From a bacterium (GTDB lineage: Bacteria > Patescibacteriota > Saccharimonadia > Saccharimonadales > SZUA-47): a stretch of DNA of 58,389 bases. Below the pieces are notes generated by a model. The model saw only the letters and a list, made by a program, of their open reading frames with translations. It was not told the origin of the DNA and searched no databases. Below, piece after piece: positions 50,380 to 58,389 of this stretch (its first letter is position 1; every line of letters starts with the position of its first letter). The stretch spans positions 1 through 58,389 of the forward strand of contig JAUHXF010000004.1 of assembly GCA_030427125.1 (NCBI GenBank), in the 5' to 3' direction. Made by a program: the position numbers and the translations under genes.

Positions 50380-51603
50380 TTGAATTACTCTAGTTCAGCG
50401 CGTCGTTCGCGCAGGCCTTCTAATTTTAGGAAACGGTCGTATCATTCAGGCAGTAGCCGTAGTACAAGCAACAATAGCAAAAGAAAGAACGGTCATGGTC
50501 AGTACATTGATCCTCGACGTTTCGTGAAGCCGGCAAAGCCCGTCGAACAAGAGCCGTACATCCCGATCCATTCGTTTCAAGACTACCCTCTTCACGGCCT
50601 ACTCCAAGCTAACATTCTTGAAAAAGGTTTTGAGCAGCCCTCACAGATTCAAGATCAAGCGATTTTACCTGCTCTAGAAGGAAAAGATGTTGTCGGCATT
50701 GCCAACACGGGTACCGGAAAAACAGCAGCATTCATGCTCCCGTTGCTAACAAAACTACTGAAGAATCGTAATCAAAAAACGCTTATTGTTGCACCGACTC
50801 GTGAGCTCGCTCTACAGATACAAGAAGAAGGTCGTGCTTTCGGCAAAGGTAGTAAGTTATTTGATGCGTTATTGATTGGTGGTGCGCCTATAAAGAAGCA
50901 ACTTAAAGACCTCCAAAAACGTCCAGAAATCATTATTGGAACACCAGGTAGAATAAAAGACCACTTAGACAGAGGCTCATTAAAGCTTGATACCGTAAGT
51001 ACAGTAGTGCTTGATGAGGTTGATCGAATGCTGGACATGGGTTTTGTGAATGATATCCGACAGATACTACACCTAGTCCCTGCTCAGCGCCAGCTGCTCT
51101 TTTTCTCGGCTACGTTGGAGCCAAAAATAAAAGCACTGATAGACACGTTCACAAAAGATCCAATCACCATTATGGCGCGGACCTCGGAGACTAGTGACAA
51201 TGTTGAACAAACGATACAGCACTATTTCGAAAAAACTGACAAAATCGAGAAGCTGCATGAGCTTCTCATTGCAGAAGGAACTGAAAAGACCCTTATATTT
51301 TGCGAGACGAAGCATGGTTCCGACAAACTTACGAAAGAGCTTACCGCGCGAGGCTTCAAGGCAGATGCAATTCACGGAAATAAAAGTCAGAATCAGCGTC
51401 AACGCGCGTTGAAAAAGTTCAAGCAGGCGGAGGTGGACATCCTAGTCGCGACAGATGTAGCTGCCCGCGGCCTGGACATTGATAATGTGTCACATGTTAT
51501 CAATTATGATGTTCCTCATACGTGGGAAGATTACACCCACCGAATTGGTAGAACGGGTCGCGGTGGGAATTTAGGAACCTCTGTTACTTTCGTTACTCAT
51601 TAA
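50380..51603 (+). CDS. DEAD-box RNA helicase
   Basis: Q motif, ANTGTGKT, PTRELA, GTPGR, DEVD, SAT, ARGLD, HRIGRTGR. Confidence 0.97.
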   Translation: MNYSSSARRSRRPSNFRKRSYHSGSSRSTSNNSKRKNGHGQYIDPRRFVKPAKPVEQEPYIPIHSFQDYPLHGLLQANILEKGFEQPSQIQDQAILPALEGKDVVGIANTGTGKTAAFMLPLLTKLLKNRNQKTLIVAPTRELALQIQEEGRAFGKGSKLFDALLIGGAPIKKQLKDLQKRPEIIIGTPGRIKDHLDRGSLKLDTVSTVVLDEVDRMLDMGFVNDIRQILHLVPAQRQLLFFSATLEPKIKALIDTFTKDPITIMARTSETSDNVEQTIQHYFEKTDKIEKLHELLIAEGTEKTLIFCETKHGSDKLTKELTARGFKADAIHGNKSQNQRQRALKKFKQAEVDILVATDVAARGLDIDNVSHVINYDVPHTWEDYTHRIGRTGRGGNLGTSVTFVTH

Positions 51604-51609
51604 GCTGCG

Positions 51610-53055
51610 TTAATTCTCTCGAGTTATGCCTGAGCGTCTTCTTACAGCTTCTTTTATCCCCTCTAGTAGTTTTGCTTGTGTGAGTATGACGGGCCTTGGA
51701 TTCTCTATTCCCTCTTGCTGCTGTTTAATGAGGTGATTCTTGCGAATATTTTTTACGATTTCTATTAAATCACCTGCAGTAAATTCTTTCTCATGTAATA
51801 GCTTTGCAATCATGTCGATGTCAATATCTGAATCATAATTCTCAACAGCAACTTCAAGCTCGACTGATGGTGTATCTACAGCAGTAACAGCATTCTGCAT
51901 GGCTATTTCAGCGAGCACATCTCTGAGCGTCTCTTCGCTAGAACGAGGTATGTCTATCCGTAGAGGTACACGCTTATCATTGAACACGTTCGGATCGAGT
52001 ACTTGGTTAGGGTTGGCGGTAAAAGCAACGAACACATTTGGAATGTCTCTTATTCTGTCCAGACAATCTTTTAAAACAGACGATATGTTTCTTGCCGTTC
52101 CATCGTTACCCGGAGTTAGCAGGCCATCTGCTTCATCAAAGTGGATTAGGATTCGCTTGTTTCCAGTCTCTGCATCTTCAACTGCTGCGTCAAATTTCTT
52201 TTGAATTTTTTTCGCCCACTCACCTACATTGCCACCACTAATATCACCAAACCGAATTGGTCTTTTCTCCGCCCCGAGGCTGATGGCAAGGGAATGAACA
52301 AGGTCTGTTTTACCGACGCCACTCGGCCCTTGCAGTAATACTGCTTGTTCCCTGCTGACGCCGTGTTGAATCAGTGTCGTGTCAGGCGTATTAGCTAGGT
52401 GTACGAATCTCTCTAGTTGGGTAACGACATCATTGATACCAATGTATTTTTCAAATGGAGCTTCCTTTTCTGGGGGAGGTAGTTCGAGCAACGGCTTCAT
52501 ACGTAGGTACAGATTATGTGAAGTCGCTTCTTCGCCTGTAACAGCTAGAAGTCTCCCAGATAATGCAGCTAGAAGTGCATTTGAGATAAAGACATGTTCT
52601 TTGACGATTTCGGGAACACGGGTGGATTCATCAATTGGCTCACCACAAGGTAAAAGAATTGAGCTTCTGACAATCCACGAATCTAACGATTTTACCATTA
52701 CGATTGTCTCGGCATCGTCCGGACCACTTACGAGCTTCACCACCTCAGCGCCTATTTCCTCAGGGCCGAGTGCTCCAATATGTCCTTGTTCAACCCCATG
52801 AAATATGTTTGAACTAAAGCAGGCTGCAAACTCCTCTGCCTCCGTTGCAGATTCACCAGCTTTTATCTCCGTAGAGATGATCACTGTTTCGTCATCATGA
52901 GGACCATCAATAATACTGACGACTGACTCAAGTTGTCTTATGGCGCCTACATCATGAATCTCAAGTAGTGATTGCGCCTCTCCGATATCTAACGTGTCAA
53001 TGTCATCAGCTAATTCGGGACTATTAACTAGTTGTACATGTTGAATATCTCGCAT
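51610..53055 (-). CDS. AAA+ ATPase (classic AAA-like, degenerate SRH) with unknown N-terminal domain
   Basis: GPSGVGKT, IHFDEAD, TAN.....LDP....KR. Confidence 0.8.
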   Translation of the reverse strand: MRDIQHVQLVNSPELADDIDTLDIGEAQSLLEIHDVGAIRQLESVVSIIDGPHDDETVIISTEIKAGESATEAEEFAACFSSNIFHGVEQGHIGALGPEEIGAEVVKLVSGPDDAETIVMVKSLDSWIVRSSILLPCGEPIDESTRVPEIVKEHVFISNALLAALSGRLLAVTGEEATSHNLYLRMKPLLELPPPEKEAPFEKYIGINDVVTQLERFVHLANTPDTTLIQHGVSREQAVLLQGPSGVGKTDLVHSLAISLGAEKRPIRFGDISGGNVGEWAKKIQKKFDAAVEDAETGNKRILIHFDEADGLLTPGNDGTARNISSVLKDCLDRIRDIPNVFVAFTANPNQVLDPNVFNDKRVPLRIDIPRSSEETLRDVLAEIAMQNAVTAVDTPSVELEVAVENYDSDIDIDMIAKLLHEKEFTAGDLIEIVKNIRKNHLIKQQQEGIENPRPVILTQAKLLEGIKEAVRRRSGITREN

Positions 53056-53107
53056 TCATATATAAAATCAGTTTACAGGTTAATTCACAAGCATAAGTGA
53101 TTAGTGA

Positions 53108-53809
53108 TTACTTCTTTGCCTCGGGCTTTATGAGCGGCAGGACACGAAGTCCCAGTATCAGCGCCAGTATCACTGCAAAACCACACATGATACTCGGCAA
53201 TCCTTTAGCAGCAGGTCCATCGAGTAGCCATATAAATGTCGCTGGAATGATAAACGCAGCGTATCCAATACCCAACCATTTTAGTGACTCATGGTTTACT
53301 GTTGTCCCCTTACGCCACTGCTGCACACTTCCAAACAGCACATAGAGCAACCAAGCATAGTAATAGGCGAAATAGGTGCCACCTAGGTCAGGTTTCATGG
53401 TAAAGATAAGATAGTTCGTGGTGCACTGGTATCCATCGACTGCATTGCCACTAAGAAAAACGACCATCCAAAGTGCTCCCGTTAAATACGCTAATATTTC
53501 AATGGCGCCTGCTTTTTTACCTAACAATGATCGGTAGAGATGAACACCGAGGGGTGGGAGAAGCGTAATTGCTGCAAAACCAATGCGTGACCACGTGTCG
53601 GAGCCAAGAATCGAGCCCTCGCAAATGCTGTACTCAGCAACCTGAAATACAGCGAGCAGTAAAAGAATACTTAAACCGAGCATCGTAGATGTGTTTTTCG
53701 GTACTTTTGCAAGAACGTAGATAGCTAAAAGTAGCTCTGCGACTGCAGTAATTGCCATAACAAAGGGATTAAAGCAGTAAAATGTCCCTGCTCTGTATTT
53801 TTTAATCAT
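53108..53809 (-). CDS. 7-TM membrane protein (sensor-domain-like)
   Basis: Multiple TM helices, FQ.AEY.IC, LLPPLG.H, LPSIMCGFA. Confidence 0.7.
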   Translation of the reverse strand: MIKKYRAGTFYCFNPFVMAITAVAELLLAIYVLAKVPKNTSTMLGLSILLLLAVFQVAEYSICEGSILGSDTWSRIGFAAITLLPPLGVHLYRSLLGKKAGAIEILAYLTGALWMVVFLSGNAVDGYQCTTNYLIFTMKPDLGGTYFAYYYAWLLYVLFGSVQQWRKGTTVNHESLKWLGIGYAAFIIPATFIWLLDGPAAKGLPSIMCGFAVILALILGLRVLPLIKPEAKK

Positions 53810-53850
53810 CTACTCACAGGATATACTGCTTATGTTAAATTACAAAGTGT

Positions 53851-54192
53851 ATGGCAAAGAAAATGCGAAAAATTTTTCATTTCACTGAAGTACTGCACCA
53901 CCAACATGTGCGAAGACGCATCAACCTGCGAAAATTTGAAGTAACGCTCATTGATCGACTTGTATTTATTGCAGGGCCAATGATTCCGATTGCGATAGCA
54001 CCGACGGCTTATAACGTATGGGTGCATGGTGCTACAGATGGCATCGCACTCTCTACATGGATAATTCTTTCGTGTACTTCTTTTATAATGGCTAACTATG
54101 CAATTCTTCACAAGGATAAGCTCCTTCTCGTGACATATATCCCGCTATTTCTATTGAATGTCTCTGTGGTTATTGGTTACTTTGTTAAGTAG
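53851..54192 (+). CDS. PQ-loop/SemiSWEET-like small membrane protein
   Basis: 3 TM; IAG.......P(T)...W......GI...TW, Y.I.....L....N. Confidence 0.6.
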   Translation: MAKKMRKIFHFTEVLHHQHVRRRINLRKFEVTLIDRLVFIAGPMIPIAIAPTAYNVWVHGATDGIALSTWIILSCTSFIMANYAILHKDKLLLVTYIPLFLLNVSVVIGYFVK

Positions 54193-54574
54193 ACTTCGCC
54201 CGGTGTATATCTTGATGGTTGAGGCCGAAATAGTGGGCTACCTCGTGCCACACCGTTTCATACACCTGCTCTTTAAGCGGTGTAAGATGTCGATAGATAT
54301 CAACCATTGGGTGCTTGAAGATTGTGATAACGTCAGGAACTTTTAATAATACTGCGCCGTTACGTTGCGTTAATGGTATCCCTTCGTAGAGACCAAACAA
54401 TGAATCACTATTGCGAAGCTTCAGCTTTACGCGTTGCTCGGGGCTGGGCTCATCCTCAACCTTAAACACGACGTTTTCAAGCTTTTCCTTGTACTGTTCT
54501 GGGATGTGCTCAACTGCTTCGGCTACGAGTGCGTCGAAATCAATTTCTTTGATATTAATGGGAACCTGCTTCAT
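54185..54574 (-). CDS. minimal zincin metallopeptidase (Zincin_1 family)
   Basis: LFGLYEG.PL..R, PD.ITIF, HEVAHYFG; start MKQV 6 nt after TATACT. Confidence 0.9.
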   Translation of the reverse strand: MKQVPINIKEIDFDALVAEAVEHIPEQYKEKLENVVFKVEDEPSPEQRVKLKLRNSDSLFGLYEGIPLTQRNGAVLLKVPDVITIFKHPMVDIYRHLTPLKEQVYETVWHEVAHYFGLNHQDIHRAKST

Positions 54575-54640
54575 ACAAACAGTATATCGTCTGAGCATAA
54601 ACAACTTGGTACGAATTTTAGTAATTGATAAAATACTTAT

Positions 54641-55354
54641 ATGTTGAAGCTAATCCTTGCTACTGCTGCAATTGTCGGTTCTGTTTTTGCACTATTCCTG
54701 CTTACAGCCCCGGAATCAACGCAGGACACTCGTTTTGAAGCATCGGATACTGTTCCGCTTGATGAGACGGATAAAATCGAAGAAAATGCAGATTTTGACA
54801 ATAGACCTGCTTTAATAATTGGCAGTAAAAATGCTCCAGTCACATTAGTTGAATACGGCGACTTTAAATGTCCAGCCTGTAACCAATTTCATCACAGCGT
54901 CGGTGTACAGCTTCGTGATGAGTATGTCGAATCCGGAGATGTAAAGATTGAGTTTCGAAATTATCCATTCTTGGGGCCAGATTCTGGCTTGGCAGCTAGG
55001 GGATCATATTGTGCAAATGACCAGGGTGTTTTTCAGGCGTACCACGACAAAGTGTATGAGTATGTTTGGGAAAAATTCTACTCAAAAGGCAATCTCGGAG
55101 CGGAATTCGAGGATATTCTCACAACGGGAACATTGCAAGAAATTATGAAGGACGATATTTCAGACACAGCCACCTTTGCTTCATGTCTTGCTTCAAAAGA
55201 TTATAATCGTTTCATCGATGCTGATCTGCTACTAGGTGCTGATGATGGCATTACTGGGACGCCCGGGTTTGTTCTAGCTGGCCAGACAATCACTGGACCA
55301 TCGAACTACAATACATTTAAGACGTTGATCGAGCTAGAGTTACGGAAGCTGTAA
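54641..55354 (+). CDS. DsbA/thioredoxin-fold oxidoreductase, membrane-anchored
   Basis: G...APVT.VEYGDF.CPAC, GITGTP. Confidence 0.93.
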   Translation: MLKLILATAAIVGSVFALFLLTAPESTQDTRFEASDTVPLDETDKIEENADFDNRPALIIGSKNAPVTLVEYGDFKCPACNQFHHSVGVQLRDEYVESGDVKIEFRNYPFLGPDSGLAARGSYCANDQGVFQAYHDKVYEYVWEKFYSKGNLGAEFEDILTTGTLQEIMKDDISDTATFASCLASKDYNRFIDADLLLGADDGITGTPGFVLAGQTITGPSNYNTFKTLIELELRKL

Positions 55355-55361
55355 ATAGTAT

Positions 55362-55931
55362 ATGAAAAACAAGATAGAGCTTTTTCTTATCAAGTCGCGG
55401 GTATCTGCTACTGGTATTGGTCGAGTGCTCATAAAACCTCACTATTTTCTCGGGACTATCATCTTTATTTTTCTAGCGGCAAACACGATTATCTGGTCGC
55501 TTAACTTCGAGCTAGCACGATTCATTATTACAGAACCTGCATTAACAGTCGCAGATAAGCTCAACTTTTTTAGTAGTTCGCTGCGAGACATCTTTACCAC
55601 CTATGAAAGCAATCAGGCTTTAGGAATAGCGTTATTCTCTGTATTGTTCGGGATTAATATCTCGGTTTTGATCTATGTCTTAAAAAATATTGGATTAAAG
55701 AAGATTGCAAAACAGTCTGGCGCTAGCGGTGCAGGTTTGATTGTAGCTATACTCGCCGGTGGTTGTGTTGCGTGTGGGACCTCCCTGCTCGCTCCGATTC
55801 TTGTTACGCTTGGTGCAACGAGTAGTATATTCCTGCGCGATGTTTCGTTGTGGCTGCTTTGGGTTAGCAGTGCGCTAATACTTCTATCGTTATTTCAGCT
55901 TGGTCAACTAGCCAGAACCGTACAAGCCTAA
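55362..55931 (+). CDS. membrane protein with CxxC motif
   Basis: 4-5 TM, GGCVACG; 7 nt downstream of the DsbA gene. Confidence 0.75.
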   Translation: MKNKIELFLIKSRVSATGIGRVLIKPHYFLGTIIFIFLAANTIIWSLNFELARFIITEPALTVADKLNFFSSSLRDIFTTYESNQALGIALFSVLFGINISVLIYVLKNIGLKKIAKQSGASGAGLIVAILAGGCVACGTSLLAPILVTLGATSSIFLRDVSLWLLWVSSALILLSLFQLGQLARTVQA

Positions 55932-56074
55932 GAACGGCTACAGTAGTTCATAATTGTCATATTTAGCTTTTGATTGCCTTGCATATCTCGTGTACACTAA
56001 GATTAAAGAGATTTATCGAAAGGACGTTGCTATGCGAGAAGCAGCTATAAACTATAAAGATACGGGAGTGTATT

Positions 56075-58389
56075 GTGTATAAATTAGGCGTGAAAAAAAC
56101 ACGGTGGGATTTTAGTAAATTTAATTCTTTAGCTACTGCAGTACTATTTACTGCATCAATATTTGTTTCTGCGAGCATGGTGTTTATTAATAACACGACT
56201 GCCGCCACCGCTTCTGAGGTAGTCTACGACGCCCTACCGTCAGTAACCCCATATAATAATTACCCAAGTTACGGAATGCAGGCGCACAGTATCGAAGAGT
56301 ACGGAGATCATATCGTACTCGGTGGTAGTAATCGAGTTCTCGAAACTGTCACTTTGACGATGACAAACTGGGCGAAATTTTCGAGTCATTCTTCAGATTC
56401 ACGGTACAACTCAGATGCATCTAACTGGACTCATCCCATTACAATCAATGTATATAGCGACTCACTTAACACTGACGGTGAACCCGACACACTACTTGCC
56501 ACAACTACGGAGACAGTAACTATTCCATGGCGACCCGCAGGAGATCCTAGCTGTGGAAGTACGAGCAACGGCGATGGGTGGAAAGACGGTGGAGTTTGTT
56601 ACGACTTCAGTGGTATCGCGTTTAACGCAGAGTTTGACTTCACGGGTAACGAAGCACTATTAACGGATGAGATCATCGTTACTGTTGAGTACAACACACA
56701 GTCACGAGGAGATGCACCGTTGGGTGTCGCTGGCCCTTATAATTCATTAAATTTCACCTTCCCTCCTAGCCAACCAGTGAGTGTTGGTTCGGATGCAGAC
56801 ACTTCAACATCTTTCGCTCGTTCTTCATGGAATACTGGATATTCCAGCTTGACGGAGTTCACCACGATAGCTACCTATGGAAGAACAGCGTTTCAAGTAA
56901 CGGCAACTGGCCAAACAGAAACCGAGGTAGATGTATTTGGAAATAACGCACCTGCTTATGACGCACCGGGATGGTTATTCAACCGTGACACGTCGACAGC
57001 CTCGCCTTTTGAGTTCAATACAGATCAGGCAACGCTTGGTAATGGCGCGCTGTACGTAGAGCCAATTGGTTCAAACCCAAGCGACAAGTTTATTGGTGAG
57101 TTGTTTGTTCAGCAGGAGATTGATGACATCTTTTCAGTCAGCTATGACTATCGACTCGGTGACTCAGTAAGTGCTGGTAAGGCAAATGAGTTCTATGCAA
57201 ATGCGTATGTGAACTTTGATGACAGCAACGATTATGGGCATTGTGTGTACAACATTGTGCCATCAGACGGTTCTGCGGGATGGCATACGGCTACGTTCGA
57301 TCCGAATATGAGCTATTCAGTGCGACAACGCGGAAGCGCTCCAAGCACATGTCCAGCGACTCCATCTGATCTACCGGATACAGCGGTACTTAGGATGCTT
57401 GCAATAAATCTCGGCGATACGTCAACAAGCGACGTTGGTGTGGATGGCTACTTTGATAATGTAGTTGTTAGTACAGTTGATGAGCTGTTAACTTACGACT
57501 TCGAACCAGACACAGAAGCTCCACAAGTAGTGTTTACTAGTCCGGTAAATAATAGTACCGTGAACATAACAAGCGTTAAGGGCAGTATTACTGATAATGC
57601 TAACGTCACGCAATACAGTTTCAACATATCTGGTCCGTATGGTTGGAGTACAAGTAAGTGGTACCCAAATACAGCTTCTGTGATGTTCGACCTTAATCTT
57701 TGTGACGAAGATAGATTAAGTAATTGTGATGAAAGCACGCTACCTGAGGGAGAATACAAGGTTCGCGTTGCTGCTTATGACGGAAATGGTAATAGAGATA
57801 TTTCTACCAATGTTACATTTGTTTACGACAACACCGCCCCAACCATCACGGTTAAAGACAACTTTGCTGGTGATGACTCAGCTGATCTCTTCAGTGAAGT
57901 AAGTTTCAAGCTGTTTGATGAATACAAAGTAGATAAATACACCATCAACGGTATAGAAAAAGACGTTTCAGACAACAAATGGAGCGATGCTAACTTCCAA
58001 AACATCAAGAATCACCTTGTCGAAGGCACGAACACATTCGTTCTCTACGACGTAGCCGGTAACTCAACAACCTATGAGTTTACGTATGATTCAGTCGCCC
58101 CGAATATCAGTTGGCAGAAGCAGCCACTGTCCCACTACCCTACTGGTGCCGGATTCCACGTACGTCCAATCACATCAGAAGTAGGCACAGTGAAGTCTGT
58201 GTACATTGATTCTGTAGACCCAGCCAATCTCTGCTATGAAAAAGACAGTGACCATAAAAACATGGACACGAAGAATACGCACTGTCAGTCTCTATGGGAT
58301 GGTTTATCTGAGGGTACTCACACATTTGTAGCAGTTTTCACTGACTATGCCGGAAACAGTACGACGAGTGAAAGTAACGAGTTCATTAA
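56075..58389 (+). CDS. large secreted/surface protein with Ig-like repeats (partial, runs off window)
   Basis: GGAG then GTG; N-terminal signal/TM; frame open to the window end where I translated it; YDFEP, D..AP repeats and (A/L/T)D.(A/N)GN motifs typical of bacterial Ig-like domains; absent from the ORF track, which apparently omits ORFs lacking a stop. Confidence 0.85.
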   Translation, partial: MYKLGVKKTRWDFSKFNSLATAVLFTASIFVSASMVFINNTTAATASEVVYDALPSVTPYNNYPSYGMQAHSIEEYGDHIVLGGSNRVLETVTLTMTNWAKFSSHSSDSRYNSDASNWTHPITINVYSDSLNTDGEPDTLLATTTETVTIPWRPAGDPSCGSTSNGDGWKDGGVCYDFSGIAFNAEFDFTGNEALLTDEIIVTVEYNTQSRGDAPLGVAGPYNSLNFTFPPSQPVSVGSDADTSTSFARSSWNTGYSSLTEFTTIATYGRTAFQVTATGQTETEVDVFGNNAPAYDAPGWLFNRDTSTASPFEFNTDQATLGNGALYVEPIGSNPSDKFIGELFVQQEIDDIFSVSYDYRLGDSVSAGKANEFYANAYVNFDDSNDYGHCVYNIVPSDGSAGWHTATFDPNMSYSVRQRGSAPSTCPATPSDLPDTAVLRMLAINLGDTSTSDVGVDGYFDNVVVSTVDELLTYDFEPDTEAPQVVFTSPVNNSTVNITSVKGSITDNANVTQYSFNISGPYGWSTSKWYPNTASVMFDLNLCDEDRLSNCDESTLPEGEYKVRVAAYDGNGNRDISTNVTFVYDNTAPTITVKDNFAGDDSADLFSEVSFKLFDEYKVDKYTINGIEKDVSDNKWSDANFQNIKNHLVEGTNTFVLYDVAGNSTTYEFTYDSVAPNISWQKQPLSHYPTGAGFHVRPITSEVGTVKSVYIDSVDPANLCYEKDSDHKNMDTKNTHCQSLWDGLSEGTHTFVAVFTDYAGNSTTSESNEFI

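Overview
58.4-kb bacterial chromosomal segment. Gene content, many lineage-specific orphan genes and frequent leaderless-type starts suggest a Patescibacteria/CPR (probably Saccharimonadia-like) genome; this is inferred, not established. From left to right it contains: (i) the distal F1F0 ATP synthase operon (atpH partial, A, G, D, C) with a tightly coupled orphan ORF in each of the A-G, G-D and D-C junctions; (ii) a zeta/CdCA-like carbonic anhydrase divergent from a CPA2 cation/H+ antiporter and an aquaporin; (iii) cell-envelope and stress genes (FecR-domain protein, LysM-CHAP hydrolase, D,D-carboxypeptidase, Fur with two rhodaneses, an APC permease broken by a single GGA>TGA); (iv) an accessory region at ~18.4-34 kb around tRNA-Tyr, with an AT-rich RecD-like helicase plus HsdR-N nuclease pair between imperfect inverted repeats, and a tyrosine-centred cluster (tRNA-Tyr, TyrA, TyrRS, a HIGH-less class-Ic aaRS/CDPS-like paralog, VanX-like dipeptidase, NAAAR/OSBS enolase, GNAT-like protein, divergent YchF, sulfotransferase remnant) bounded by an identical 25-bp direct repeat; (v) housekeeping genes (rarA, UvrD-nuclease, msrA, queA, ABC exporter, tRNA-Gln preceded by a duplicated 5' half, DEAD-box helicase, DsbA) and the start of a large surface protein. 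A 24-bp tandem palindrome (GATTAYRTAATC x2) recurs five times. The best candidate for an undescribed system is the tyrosine/tRNA-linked operon at 25.0-32.2 kb.
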